This document shows, piece after piece, positions 25,868 through 35,117 of a DNA stretch of 64,000 nucleotides (position 1 is its first letter; every line of letters starts with the position of its first letter). The stretch lies in the IMG/VR virus record IMGVR_UViG_3300045988_180775; one strand, written 5' to 3'. A model generated the notes under the pieces. That model had not been told where the DNA came from and made no database searches. It saw only the letters and a list, made by a program, of their open reading frames with translations. Source of the stretch: a virus. Made by a program: the position numbers and the translations under genes.

Positions 25868-25897
25868 TGCAGCGCACCCCCGAACTTTTATATTTAC

Positions 25898-25926
25898 ATT
25901 ATACCACACATTAGCTTGATTGTCAA
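25898..25926 (-). promoter_or_regulatory. sigma-A-type promoter (TTGACA-17-TGGTATAAT) for helicase
   Basis: Minus strand TTGACAatcaagctaatgtgTGgTATAAT. Confidence 0.65.
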
Positions 25927-26102
25927 TTCGTTTCAGAAAAGCTAAGCGCCCCAAGACAAGGAGCGCTTGGCTTGCTGGCTGACGTCTACTGCTTCTCAAT
26001 ATAGCCGCTGACAGGCTCTGCGTACATATTGTCGTCTGTGACAGGCTGGTAGCTTTGGGTTTTCAAACACAGTATATCACATAGAATTTTGTGTGCAAAT
26101 AG

Positions 26103-26300
26103 TTACCGCTGCGAATGATGATGCCGCTTGCGTCGTGCAATTTGGTATTCGTCGAATGCTTTAAGCGGTTTCTGAGCCTCGTCAATCATATTCTTTTCCG
26201 CCGTCAGCGCCTTCTGAAACTCCGCCCATGCAGAACAAGCCTCCGGCTTATGGCATCCGGGAGTGCGGTCTGGGCAGTCGAGACAAGGAGAATTAACCAT
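26103..26300 (-). CDS. small Cys-rich protein (65 aa)
   Basis: Trimmed to ATG 26300 with RBS AAAGGAGGCGCAGGCCC. Sequence MVNSPCLDCPDRTPGCHKPEACSAW. 8-nt overlap with upstream large gene. Confidence 0.45.
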   Translation of the reverse strand: MVNSPCLDCPDRTPGCHKPEACSAWAEFQKALTAEKNMIDEAQKPLKAFDEYQIARRKRHHHSQR

Positions 26301-28524
26301 GGGCCTGCGCCTCCTTTCCAAGCGCCGTCGCGAAGCGTTTGGCCTGGTATTCCGTAATGGTTCGGACACCGGCGCGTAACTTCCACTCGGACAGCTTTAC
26401 CGGCCATTCCGCGTCCTGGCAGATACTGGTGTCCACGGCGTCCAGAAGCATTTTTTCCTTCGCTTCCCTTTTTCGGATGAAATCCAATGCTGTCTTGAGA
26501 TAGCGGATGGCGTAGGCATAGTCCACGGCAATGCCGCCGATGCGCCAGTCGCCGAGAGACTTGTTTGTGACCACATATTCCAGCCAGACCGAATTGAGGT
26601 AAGTCAGGTTGATATACTCGCCATCGTATAGCTCGAAGTTCGCACGGGCATTTGCGGCGCTTGTACGGTTCCAATTCCATTCGCCGCTCTTTTCAGCGGA
26701 CACAAACATATGGCGCTCAGGCTCTGTCTGATAGTGCCGGAGAATGACGTCCCCTTCTTTTTCGTCGAAATACTTCGCTTTCGCCTTGAAGGGACCATCC
26801 ATCCAGCCCTGGCAGGAACGGCGCTGGAATTCCACCATCTCAATCGGCGGGTCATATTCGACCAGATTCGCTTTATATAGCGTACAATCATCCACAGAGC
26901 AGTCATGCGTGCGATTGCGCTCGCCGCGTCCACGCACATTCTCCCATGCCCGTGGATAGAAAGCGGGTCTGTCCGTTTCAGGGACAAGATGCTGGGTCGT
27001 GAGCAGTACGTCGCCCTGCTGAACCTTCTGATTGCAGCGTGCGATGATATCCGTAAAGGAGCCGTACTTATTGTCTGAAATCCACTTATCCGCAACGGAG
27101 AAGATGACATACTCCGACTGTTTGGCAAGCGTAACGCCCTTCGGCAGCGGGAGCAGCGCGGAGTGGTCCACGACGCCTTGCAGGATGTTGTAGACGAAGG
27201 TGCGGGATACAAGGCCGTCCAGAATTCGCTTGCGCTGTTCTCTCTGCTCTTTCACATACCGTTTACGCTCTGACTCAAAGATGAATTCCTTCGGCTCCTC
27301 CGGCACGGTCTCTGTAACGACCTGCGCTCTGGTGAGAATCAGGTCGTCACTGATATGGACGCGGTTTTCATCCGTCCAGCCAAGGTAGAGATTTTCACCG
27401 TTTCGGATGATAATGCCAACGGTCTTGCCGTGGTAGTAGTCGTAGCGGTCGAGCATATTGTGGTACGGTCTGCCCTCATTGTCCATTGCGCGTCCGATGG
27501 ATTTTCCGGTGCGGCTGAGGCGCACGAGCATGATGCAGCGTTCGTTCGGTGCGAAGGTGTCCAGCGCGTATGGAGAGTGCTTGAGGAAGCTCTCAAACAT
27601 ATCCAGCTCATTCCACTGAATTTCATACAGGGACGCGAGCCTCCCTAAATCCTCGTCGAGGAAGCGAAGTTTCTGATGCACGACGATAGGCTCCGTGTCC
27701 GGCGCGTTCTTGCCGGAGCGGATGCGGGTGAAATTGACGACTTCTCCGGCATAACAGCGGATGGCATAGATTTGGGAGTCCAGCAGGTAGATTTGTCCCT
27801 CCAGCTGTTCCTTTTTCTCTTCCATCTCCTCCATTTTGCGGTTCAGTTCCGCCATGAGCTTATCTTTCTTCTGCCAAAGCTCCTGCTTGAGGGCCTCAAT
27901 TTGCGCTGTCAGTTCTGCAAGTTCGCCGGTCTTTGCGCCTTCGACATCCTTCATCTCACTTTTCAGCTTCTCAATTTCGGTCTGGTGAGTGCTAAGCTGT
28001 TCCTTGACCGTTTTCTGAGACAGCGCGGTTCCCGCACCCACCGGAATGATGCTCATATCGCAGACGGCCGCCGAGCCAAGCTCCGCCATCGCCTGTGCAG
28101 GCGTCAGGTCGGAGTAGTCTCTGTCCGGCGTATATGTCATGTACTTCTCAGGCTCCATGACAATGATGCCCTTCTGCGGATTGCCGATGTATAAAAACGC
28201 TGCTTCCTTCGACCAGAGAGCTGCGCGGATAGGCTGTTCAAACTCCTCCGCGAAGTGGAAGAACTGAAGCATTTTTTCGGAAACCGATGCTCTCTGCTTC
28301 TCCCAATTCTCTTCCGTCTGATGGCCGAAAAAGCTGAAGGTGTTGCGGCCAATATCGTAGAGGTCAACGCCCGCGTTCTTTGCCGCCTCTTTCGTCAGTC
28401 TTGAACAGACGTCGGAAATCTCTTTTGCGTCAGCCATGGAGAGGGTGCGATACCACGCCAAATAGGCGCTCACGCCCTCCTTCGCCACCTTTACGGTGCC
28501 GTTGTTGTAAATAGGTTCCTGCAT
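26293..28524 (-). CDS. large hypothetical protein with central coiled coil (743 aa)
   Basis: Long ORF. Heptad-like segment EIEKLKSEMKDVEGAKTGELAELTAQIEALKQELWQKKDKLMAELNRKMEEMEEKKEQLEGQ. No catalytic motif recognised. Confidence 0.6.
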   Translation of the reverse strand: MQEPIYNNGTVKVAKEGVSAYLAWYRTLSMADAKEISDVCSRLTKEAAKNAGVDLYDIGRNTFSFFGHQTEENWEKQRASVSEKMLQFFHFAEEFEQPIRAALWSKEAAFLYIGNPQKGIIVMEPEKYMTYTPDRDYSDLTPAQAMAELGSAAVCDMSIIPVGAGTALSQKTVKEQLSTHQTEIEKLKSEMKDVEGAKTGELAELTAQIEALKQELWQKKDKLMAELNRKMEEMEEKKEQLEGQIYLLDSQIYAIRCYAGEVVNFTRIRSGKNAPDTEPIVVHQKLRFLDEDLGRLASLYEIQWNELDMFESFLKHSPYALDTFAPNERCIMLVRLSRTGKSIGRAMDNEGRPYHNMLDRYDYYHGKTVGIIIRNGENLYLGWTDENRVHISDDLILTRAQVVTETVPEEPKEFIFESERKRYVKEQREQRKRILDGLVSRTFVYNILQGVVDHSALLPLPKGVTLAKQSEYVIFSVADKWISDNKYGSFTDIIARCNQKVQQGDVLLTTQHLVPETDRPAFYPRAWENVRGRGERNRTHDCSVDDCTLYKANLVEYDPPIEMVEFQRRSCQGWMDGPFKAKAKYFDEKEGDVILRHYQTEPERHMFVSAEKSGEWNWNRTSAANARANFELYDGEYINLTYLNSVWLEYVVTNKSLGDWRIGGIAVDYAYAIRYLKTALDFIRKREAKEKMLLDAVDTSICQDAEWPVKLSEWKLRAGVRTITEYQAKRFATALGKEAQAHG

Positions 28525-28544
28525 GGTCGGTCCCTCCCTGTGCT

Positions 28545-28757
28545 TCAGAAAATCAGACTACCCAAGGCGTCGTAGTCTGTGCTGCTTTTGAGTTTGGCGT
28601 AGCCGCCGTCCTCGCTAACGCTCCAGAGCGTGAAGGTTGGTGTATGGCCATCGTCACGTCTCTGTGTGATGGCATAGTGTGCTCCGTCCCGTGCGGTGAT
28701 GGACACACCAGGGTATCGTGTCTCCTCCGGAGGAAGACTATTCTGCGCTTTTGCCAT
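28545..28757 (-). CDS. small hypothetical protein (70 aa), in same frame as 29182..29738
   Basis: ATG 28757 (MAKAQNSLPPEE...) overlaps stop of 28738..29181 by 20 nt. Composition coding-like. Confidence 0.35.
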   Translation of the reverse strand: MAKAQNSLPPEETRYPGVSITARDGAHYAITQRRDDGHTPTFTLWSVSEDGGYAKLKSSTDYDALGSLIF

Positions 28758-29181
28758 CAGGCTTTCCCTCCTCCGTACTGGTTTTGATAGCACCGCACTC
28801 AACCAGAATGCGGTATATCTCATGGACAGCCGCATCCGAGACAGTGTATGTTCGCCAGCAACTGAATGGGTCGTATCCGTAAAAATCAGCATCAACGATT
28901 TTCTTGATGGCAGAGCGCTCGTCTGCGGTGCGAACCGCTTCCTCATAGGCTGCCATATCCGGATAGAGCACATAGCCGCCATTGCATTCATTCCGGTCGA
29001 TGTATTCACCAGTCTTGCGGCTGAAGGCGTCGTTGCCGATGTAGAAATACTTCTTGCCGACTTTTGTAACGGTTCTTGTGATTGGCGTTCTGCCGCCAGC
29101 GGTCCTTGCAAAATTGCCATACGGCATGAGCACGAGTTCGCGCCCGACACTAATGGTAGAGAGCCAGAGTTTGTCCTGCAT
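28738..29181 (-). CDS. hypothetical protein (147 aa)
   Basis: RBS GAGGAGGACGATACT before ATG 29181. Balanced composition, whereas the alternative frame over this stretch is S/R/A/T-rich. Confidence 0.5.
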   Translation of the reverse strand: MQDKLWLSTISVGRELVLMPYGNFARTAGGRTPITRTVTKVGKKYFYIGNDAFSRKTGEYIDRNECNGGYVLYPDMAAYEEAVRTADERSAIKKIVDADFYGYDPFSCWRTYTVSDAAVHEIYRILVECGAIKTSTEEGKPDGKSAE

Positions 29182-29738
29182 AGTATCGTCCTCCTCTTCA
29201 AGGAAAGATAATCAGCCACTTTGCTTATGACAATTTCTCCGTCTGAGCACTCAATGACGGAATAGGCTCCCTCACTCGAAATAATAATTGGCGCTCCTGC
29301 CTGAAACGTGAGAGTGTCTGGTTCCGTTTTGTTTGATTCTTTGCTGTTAGAAGCTGTAATGCAAACGAGTGCAGCTATAGCCGAAAGCAGAAATAAAGCC
29401 CTCTGCACAATTACCTTCCTCTCAGGGGTTTGCACTCGGTAGAGATGCACGAGTTCACAAACCGCGCAAACGCCGAAGCCAATGCTTCCAATAACGGAAA
29501 CAAAGAGAAAGATAATATACGCCGCAAGAAGTGCCATAGAATCATTCAGAAAAAAGTAAAAGTCTGAAAGTAAATCCCACGCGCAGGCCGATGCAACGCA
29601 CAAAATCGCGGCCGCGACAATACAGCAAAGCGCAAATGCAGCTGATTCGAGTGCGCTGGCGTTTGTCATGTCCGTATCTGTATCGTCATCAAGCCCCTGC
29701 CGCATAAGCCAAAGGGACATGATAATCGGAAAGTTCAA
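29182..29738 (-). CDS. membrane protein N-terminal portion (4 TM plus extracytoplasmic domain); frame runs on without stop to 28545
   Basis: MNFPIIMSLWLM...AAILCVASACAW...LLAAYIIFLFVSVIGSIGFGVCAVC...LFLLSAIAALVCITA. The downstream continuation of this frame looks noncoding, so a frameshift or gene disruption is possible. Confidence 0.4.
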
Positions 29739-29758
29739 AATGATATCCTCCTGTCCGG

Positions 29759-30439
29759 CTATGGAAGCTCCCAGTGAATTGGTGTGCTTCCCATCTGTTC
29801 CAACAATCTGTTAGTTTGAGAAAAAGGTCTGCTGCCGATGAATGCTTTTACTACATCGTTTCCTTTTCGCGCCCCAAGGGGACTTGGGTGACTTGAAAAT
29901 ACCACACCCTTATCAGGCAGTTGTGAAATTGGAATTCCGGCAAGAAAGGCTCTTGCCTGTCCGCCCCATGTGATGAACACAATCGGCTGCGGCAGCTTCG
30001 CACACGCCGCGAATACCGCCTGCGTGAAATTCTGCCACCCCCAGTTTCTATGGCTGTTTGCGGTCCCATCCTGTACTGTAAGTACGGTATTGAGCATGAG
30101 CACGCCTTGTTCCGCCCAGTGAGTCAGGTCTCCACTTTTCGGATACGGACAACCAATGTCACTGACCAGTTCCTTGAAGACGTTTTTGAGCGACGGTGGA
30201 AAAAGCACACCACGGTTTACTGAAAAGCACAGCCCATTCGCCTGCCCCGCCTCGTGATATGGGTCTTGCCCGACAAGGCATACCTTCACCTTCTCCGGCG
30301 TGGTAAGCTCCAACGCACGGAATATCTGCTCCTGCGGCGGGTATATTGTGCGACCCGCTTCGCGCTCACAGGCAGCCCGCTTGGCAAGCTCAGCTCCAAG
30401 CGCCTGTACATCCTGTGGGATTACATCGCTCCACATCAC
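29759..30439 (-). CDS. ung: uracil-DNA glycosylase, family 1
   Basis: GQDPYH water-activating motif, HPSPLGA leucine-loop-type motif and overall UNG length. Start GTG 30439 or ATG 30436. Confidence 0.9.
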   Translation of the reverse strand: MMWSDVIPQDVQALGAELAKRAACEREAGRTIYPPQEQIFRALELTTPEKVKVCLVGQDPYHEAGQANGLCFSVNRGVLFPPSLKNVFKELVSDIGCPYPKSGDLTHWAEQGVLMLNTVLTVQDGTANSHRNWGWQNFTQAVFAACAKLPQPIVFITWGGQARAFLAGIPISQLPDKGVVFSSHPSPLGARKGNDVVKAFIGSRPFSQTNRLLEQMGSTPIHWELP

Positions 30440-30474
30440 TGGAAAATCACATCCTCCGTTTACTTTATGCTTAT

Positions 30475-30503
30475 ATTATACCACACATTAGCTTAAAAGT
30501 CAA
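30475..30503 (-). promoter_or_regulatory. sigma-A-type promoter (TTGACT-17-TGGTATAAT) for ung
   Basis: Minus strand TTGACTtttaagctaatgtgTGgTATAAT. Confidence 0.65.
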
Positions 30504-30536
30504 TTTAATGCGTAGGGAAAACGGCCTTCGCGTGAT

Positions 30537-31076
30537 TCACGCGAAGTACCACTCCCCATTGCTGAATTCAACGAACTCTTCCTCGGCGGCGAAATGCACC
30601 TCCAAAAAAAGCTCTCCTTCGCCATTATCTACGACCACCACATCGTAGTCGTCGTCTCCATAGTAGGAGATGATATCGTGATGCTTATTCGCTTTCTCGT
30701 CGATGATGCACATATCGCGCGGCACCTTGTAGAGCAACGCTCCATCCTTCCGCCGCGTACAGCACGCGGCATCGTAGAAAAGGAAAGTCTCTCTGTTGTC
30801 TTCGTCGGCGTTTTTGAATTCCCTAATACCGTTCTTTTCTTTCTCCGCAAGTTCGTTAAGCAAAGCTACGACCTTCAGCGTTTTTACATTCAACATAGAG
30901 TTCCTCCTCAGTAATTCGTACAGCATCCCATAGAGATACTCCGGCGGGCTGCATTTCTCCTGCTCCCAGTTTCGGACTGTTCCCAGAGGAATTCCGGTGG
31001 TAAGGGCAAATTCACGCTGGGACAGCTTAAAATCCTGACGCTGCTTTCGGATGCGGTTCTGCTCGTGTTCAATCAT
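30537..31076 (-). CDS. XRE-family (Cro/CI-type HTH) transcriptional regulator
   Basis: LSQREFALTTGIPLGTVRNWEQEK helix-turn-helix. Trimmed to ATG 31076. Confidence 0.7.
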   Translation of the reverse strand: MIEHEQNRIRKQRQDFKLSQREFALTTGIPLGTVRNWEQEKCSPPEYLYGMLYELLRRNSMLNVKTLKVVALLNELAEKEKNGIREFKNADEDNRETFLFYDAACCTRRKDGALLYKVPRDMCIIDEKANKHHDIISYYGDDDYDVVVVDNGEGELFLEVHFAAEEEFVEFSNGEWYFA

Positions 31077-31128
31077 ACTTATTTCAACCACCCTTAATAA
31101 TTTGTAGTGCGCAATCTAAGTATTTTTC

Positions 31129-31158
31129 AATATAGCACCGGCATTCTGGCTTGTCAAG
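31129..31158 (-). promoter_or_regulatory. promoter for XRE regulator gene (TTGACA-18-TATATT)
   Basis: Minus strand TTGACAagccagaatgccggtgcTATATT. Confidence 0.5.
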
Positions 31159-31183
31159 CGCAATATCCAAAATGTGTAAAAAA

Positions 31184-31210
31184 TCACTCCCCCGTTGTCG
31201 AGGGAGTGAT
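31184..31210 (-). terminator. rho-independent terminator after flotillin gene
   Basis: atcactccc-ccgttgtcg-agggagtgat followed on minus strand by TTTTTACACATTTT. Confidence 0.75.
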
Positions 31211-31249
31211 GTGTTCTGTTTGGAAGGGTCTGCCGCAGTCAGCTATGTA

Positions 31250-32743
31250 TTATTCAGCCTTGCCGTCCGCGTCATTCTTGGCAGGCGGTTCCTGCGGCTG
31301 TGTGGGAGCTGCCGTATTGTCCGGCTTGTCCATGACGATGACAGGAGAGGTCTGCTGGGCCGTGAGCTTGCCGCCGATGGCTCCGGCAATAAGAGACTTA
31401 ATATCCAACCCCATTCCGGAAGAAAGGCCCTCTGTGACCTGTGTGGTGCCGTTGATGATGTCACCCAGCAGCTTCGCGCTGTTGCCTTCGCCGTACATCG
31501 TGATTTTATCCACCTTGCTGAGAGGTTCAGCGACATTCTTGGCGATTTCCGGCAAAGCGTTCATAATCATCTCAACGATGGCCGCGTCGCCGTATTTCTT
31601 CATAGCTTCTGCCTTCTTGTCGATACCTTCTGCTTCAGCAACGGCCTTGGCACGAATGACATTGGCTTCCGCCTCACCGACGGCGGCAATACCAGCAGCT
31701 TCCTGCTCGCGGGCGTACTTTACGGCGTCGGCTTCCGCTCTCTTTGCATCCGCCTCACGTTGGCGCTCGAAAAGCTGCGCCTCCGCGTCCTTCTGACGTC
31801 GGTAGAGGTCGGCATCCGCCTGTGCGCGGACCTCCGCATCCAGAGACTGCTTCTTAACTTCGACCTCTTTGTTTTTCAGCTCCGCTTCGCGTTCCGCCTT
31901 GGCGATTTGCGCATTGACGGTAGCCGTCTCAATGGAGCGCTGCTGTTCCTGCTGCTGGATGGTATACGCGGCATCGGCCTCGGCCTTCTTCGTATCCTCC
32001 TGAACCTTGAGTTCAGCTTTGCGGATGGAGAGGTCATTCAGCTTCTGAGCGATTTGCATTTCGGACTCGACTTTGGCATCGTTAGACGCCTTGGCCGCCT
32101 GCGCCTGAGCGATAGCCACGTCACGCTCCGCCTCAGCTTTGGCGATGGCAGCATCCTTCTGGATTTTGCTCATATTGTCCTGACCGAGGGAGTTGATTAA
32201 GCTGTTTTCGTCCGTGACACGCTGGATATTGCAGGAGATGATTTCGATACCGAGCGCACTCATATCTGTCTGTGCTTTTGACTGTACCTCGTCACCGAAT
32301 TTCTTTCGGTCATTGCAGATTTCCTTGAGAGAGATGGTGCCGATGATTTCGCGCATATTGCCCTGGAGAGAATCCGCGATGGCGCAGCTGAAATCCGCTT
32401 CTCGCATATTCAGAAAGTTCTTCATGGCGAGCTGGATGCCTTCCGGGTCCGTCTTGACTCTGACCTTGGCAACCGCGTCCACATCGACGCCGATGAAGTC
32501 GTTGGTCGGGATATAGCCTTCCGACTTGATGTCGATGGAGATTTGCCGGACAATGAGCTTATCTACACGCTCCAGAAATGGAATTCGGATACCTGCTCGC
32601 CCAATCAGAACGCGGGGCTTTTTTCGTATACCGGAAATGATGTAGGCCACATCGGGCGGAGCCTTTACATAGCCCAGAAGAAAGATGATTACCACAAGGG
32701 CCACGACTGCAATTACAGGCAGCAGCTTCACGAGATTTTCCAT
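31250..32743 (-). CDS. flotillin-like SPFH/band-7 protein (YqiK/FloT-like)
   Basis: N-terminal TM, SPFH core (YIISGIRKKPRVLIGRAGIRIPFLERVDKL...) and long EA-rich coiled coil (AKAEAERDVAIAQAQAAKASNDAKV...). Confidence 0.85.
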   Translation of the reverse strand: MENLVKLLPVIAVVALVVIIFLLGYVKAPPDVAYIISGIRKKPRVLIGRAGIRIPFLERVDKLIVRQISIDIKSEGYIPTNDFIGVDVDAVAKVRVKTDPEGIQLAMKNFLNMREADFSCAIADSLQGNMREIIGTISLKEICNDRKKFGDEVQSKAQTDMSALGIEIISCNIQRVTDENSLINSLGQDNMSKIQKDAAIAKAEAERDVAIAQAQAAKASNDAKVESEMQIAQKLNDLSIRKAELKVQEDTKKAEADAAYTIQQQEQQRSIETATVNAQIAKAEREAELKNKEVEVKKQSLDAEVRAQADADLYRRQKDAEAQLFERQREADAKRAEADAVKYAREQEAAGIAAVGEAEANVIRAKAVAEAEGIDKKAEAMKKYGDAAIVEMIMNALPEIAKNVAEPLSKVDKITMYGEGNSAKLLGDIINGTTQVTEGLSSGMGLDIKSLIAGAIGGKLTAQQTSPVIVMDKPDNTAAPTQPQEPPAKNDADGKAE

Positions 32744-32776
32744 TATGTATTACCTCCAGTTTTATTTTGTAAATAT

Positions 32777-32805
32777 ATTATACCACATAACACCTTGCAA
32801 GTCAA
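32777..32805 (-). promoter_or_regulatory. sigma-A-type promoter (TTGACT-17-TGGTATAAT) for flotillin gene
   Basis: Minus strand TTGACTtgcaaggtgttatgTGgTATAAT. Confidence 0.65.
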
Positions 32806-32897
32806 TTTTGCATAGAAGAAGACAGGTGAGACGCTGAACACGTCCCACCTGTCTGCCCAAACGATATAACTTCAATCGTGTGCAGCCTTTGCACGTC

Positions 32898-33302
32898 TCA
32901 CTCAATAGAGTCTTCCGGTTCCAAGGCCGCTCCGCAATGCACGCAACGGTTCGACGTTGCGGCGCAGCATCCGCAGAGGACATCGGCCGGAGTATCAGCG
33001 CAGGTGATATGTCTGCCGCAGACCTGACAAAAGCCGTCTGAGAAAGCGTGGAGAACGATGCGGTTTCTACACTTGCGGCATTCCTGCGGACCGGCAAGGC
33101 GCTGGACCCGTCCAACTTGTCCATCCTCCAGCATGACCTTAATGCCGCGTGGATGTGTTGGACTGTTGGTGAGAATCCGCTTCACGACGCCGCGTGTGAG
33201 TTTACCTGTCGGCTGGTCTGCTTTGAGTACGATATCTACTGGCATACCTGGGTGAATGGATGCCCGTTTGGTACAGGTTGGCTCAGGGAATTTATTTGTC
33301 AT
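32898..33302 (-). CDS. YwbE (DUF2196)-domain protein fused to C-terminal zinc ribbon
   Basis: IHPGMPVDIVLKADQPTGKLTRGVVKRILTNSPTHPRGIKVMLEDGQVGRVQR matches YwbE family as I recall it. C-terminus CRKCRN...CQVCGRHITC...CGCC...CVHCG. Confidence 0.55.
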   Translation of the reverse strand: MTNKFPEPTCTKRASIHPGMPVDIVLKADQPTGKLTRGVVKRILTNSPTHPRGIKVMLEDGQVGRVQRLAGPQECRKCRNRIVLHAFSDGFCQVCGRHITCADTPADVLCGCCAATSNRCVHCGAALEPEDSIE

Positions 33303-35031
33303 TCTGAGGGACCCCTCTCACTTTTGCCTTTTCGATTTTTCCAATCACTTCTGTTACCTTCTGTGCAGTTAGAGGACTGGCAGTGGATTTATCCAGTGCG
33401 TCAAGCAGTTCCGGCAGCTCGCCAAGTTTTACGACCGGGATTTCGCTGTTGTCCGCATCCTGCAATTTTACATTTGGGTTGGCAAGGCAGATGATGCCGC
33501 ATACCGGAACATCCTCACCAACGATTTTCGACAGTAAGGCAGCGTGACGCTTAACTTGGAAGGCGGGGCTTTCCGTTGTGGTGAAATGCCCCGCATTTCG
33601 CATATCCCTGTCCCAATAGTTCGTGTCATCGACGCGGATGGTTCCAACGTAGTTTTTTGTCTCAATATGAATGACGCCGGCAGGCCCTACGAGAAGGTGG
33701 TCGATTTCCTGTGGCTCTTTCATATAGTCCCACGCGGCGATACGGATACATCCTCCGCTGTACTTGCTCACGCAGTCTGCCGCGATGCTGCGGTATGCGC
33801 TGTGCTCTGCAAGCCACCACTTGAGTTTGTAATTCACTTCCCTCTCACCGGCTTCGCCCAGTTCTCGTGCTTTGCGCTCCCGCTCCTCCTGCTCTTGCTC
33901 CACACGAGCGGCTTCCGCCGCCGCGCTGGCGATTTGATTGCGGTAGTTCGAGCACACGCTTTCCGCGAGACCAGTCACGCCTTCCAGTATCAGATTAAGC
34001 TGACTGTTGAGTTGAAAATGTTTGGCTTCTATTTCGCTGCGCAAGTGCAAGATGTTTTTCGATTTTTCGAGAAGCACACACTCACCGAGCGTGAGGTCGG
34101 AGTAAGCGTCGCAGAAGGCATCTGGGATATTGAGCCTGCACTTCTCCGTTATCCAGCTTTTTACTTCCGCTCTCTTCTGTGCTCTGACACAGCAATACTC
34201 CGGATGCGTCCGCTCCAGCGTGTCGATGTACTGTCGCGCATGGGCGATGATGCCGCTTCGCTCCGCAGCAATCGCTGCTTCCTCGGCCTGCTTCGCCTCC
34301 GCTTCCCGGCGTCTGGCCTCTTCCTGCCTGCGTTGCCGCTCCTCACGGATATGCTGCGCGGCCTTCCCGCTTACGCCAGGTTTGAACTCGTACATCTTGC
34401 CGGTCGCAAACAGGGCTTTCAACAGGACGGAGACATAATAGGCGCTATACGGAATGAGCAGGACAATGCCAAGGTAGCAGAACACATAGGAGACGACGCC
34501 GAGAGCCTTCCACAACGAGACAACCAGGACGAAAGCCGCAACGTAGGCGGCCAGATAGATAAGGCATTTTGTCCTCTGATTTTTGTCGCGAGTCATGGTC
34601 AAGAATTTGCTCTGCTCCACATAATCCGCATACTGTTCGTCCGATACGACTTTCTGCCACTCGTCCGCCATGCTGCGGTTTGCAAAGAAGAAGGTTCGGA
34701 GCATTAACAACAAGCCGATAACCGCCGGCAGAATGAAGGCCACAATGCAGACACAGAGGAGTACGAGCACAGCGCTAATCACCTTGAGGATACCGTGACC
34801 GAGCAGTTCGGCGAGCCATCCGCACAGCTGGGTCGCCAGAATTCCGCCCATGCCGATGCAGAAGGTCTTAGTGAGCAGCGCGGTTTCCTTTTTCAGAATT
34901 GCCTTGACTGTACTGTAGTATGTTTCCGCAGACCTTATCCCCTCGTCGTTCTCCACAATTTCCCGTGCGGCATCCATGTACTTATGAAGCCGGTCAACAA
35001 ACCAATCTTTGATGGAATCCAACATAAGCAA
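33292..35031 (-). CDS. NERD-domain membrane protein (4 TM, coiled coil, C-terminal NERD)
   Basis: TM helices near the N-terminus. C-terminal GEREVNYKLKWWLAE...EIDHLLVGPAGVIHIETKNYVGTI resembles nuclease-related NERD domain. Confidence 0.55.
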   Translation of the reverse strand: MLMLDSIKDWFVDRLHKYMDAAREIVENDEGIRSAETYYSTVKAILKKETALLTKTFCIGMGGILATQLCGWLAELLGHGILKVISAVLVLLCVCIVAFILPAVIGLLLMLRTFFFANRSMADEWQKVVSDEQYADYVEQSKFLTMTRDKNQRTKCLIYLAAYVAAFVLVVSLWKALGVVSYVFCYLGIVLLIPYSAYYVSVLLKALFATGKMYEFKPGVSGKAAQHIREERQRRQEEARRREAEAKQAEEAAIAAERSGIIAHARQYIDTLERTHPEYCCVRAQKRAEVKSWITEKCRLNIPDAFCDAYSDLTLGECVLLEKSKNILHLRSEIEAKHFQLNSQLNLILEGVTGLAESVCSNYRNQIASAAAEAARVEQEQEERERKARELGEAGEREVNYKLKWWLAEHSAYRSIAADCVSKYSGGCIRIAAWDYMKEPQEIDHLLVGPAGVIHIETKNYVGTIRVDDTNYWDRDMRNAGHFTTTESPAFQVKRHAALLSKIVGEDVPVCGIICLANPNVKLQDADNSEIPVVKLGELPELLDALDKSTASPLTAQKVTEVIGKIEKAKVRGVPQNDK

Positions 35032-35117
35032 TCACCCCCCAAAAACTATGTCTTCATTCTACCGTATATCTCGGTTTCTGACAAGCTGACTTTTTGGCTT
35101 CGCAGCTTCGCATTCGC

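Noticed and set aside
25479-25877. Nested minus-strand ORFs inside the helicase gene (25479..25877, 25414..25620) and similar nested ORFs inside other long genes
   Set aside because: Alternative frames of a gene with an unbroken set of UvrD helicase motifs in the main frame. No independent signals.
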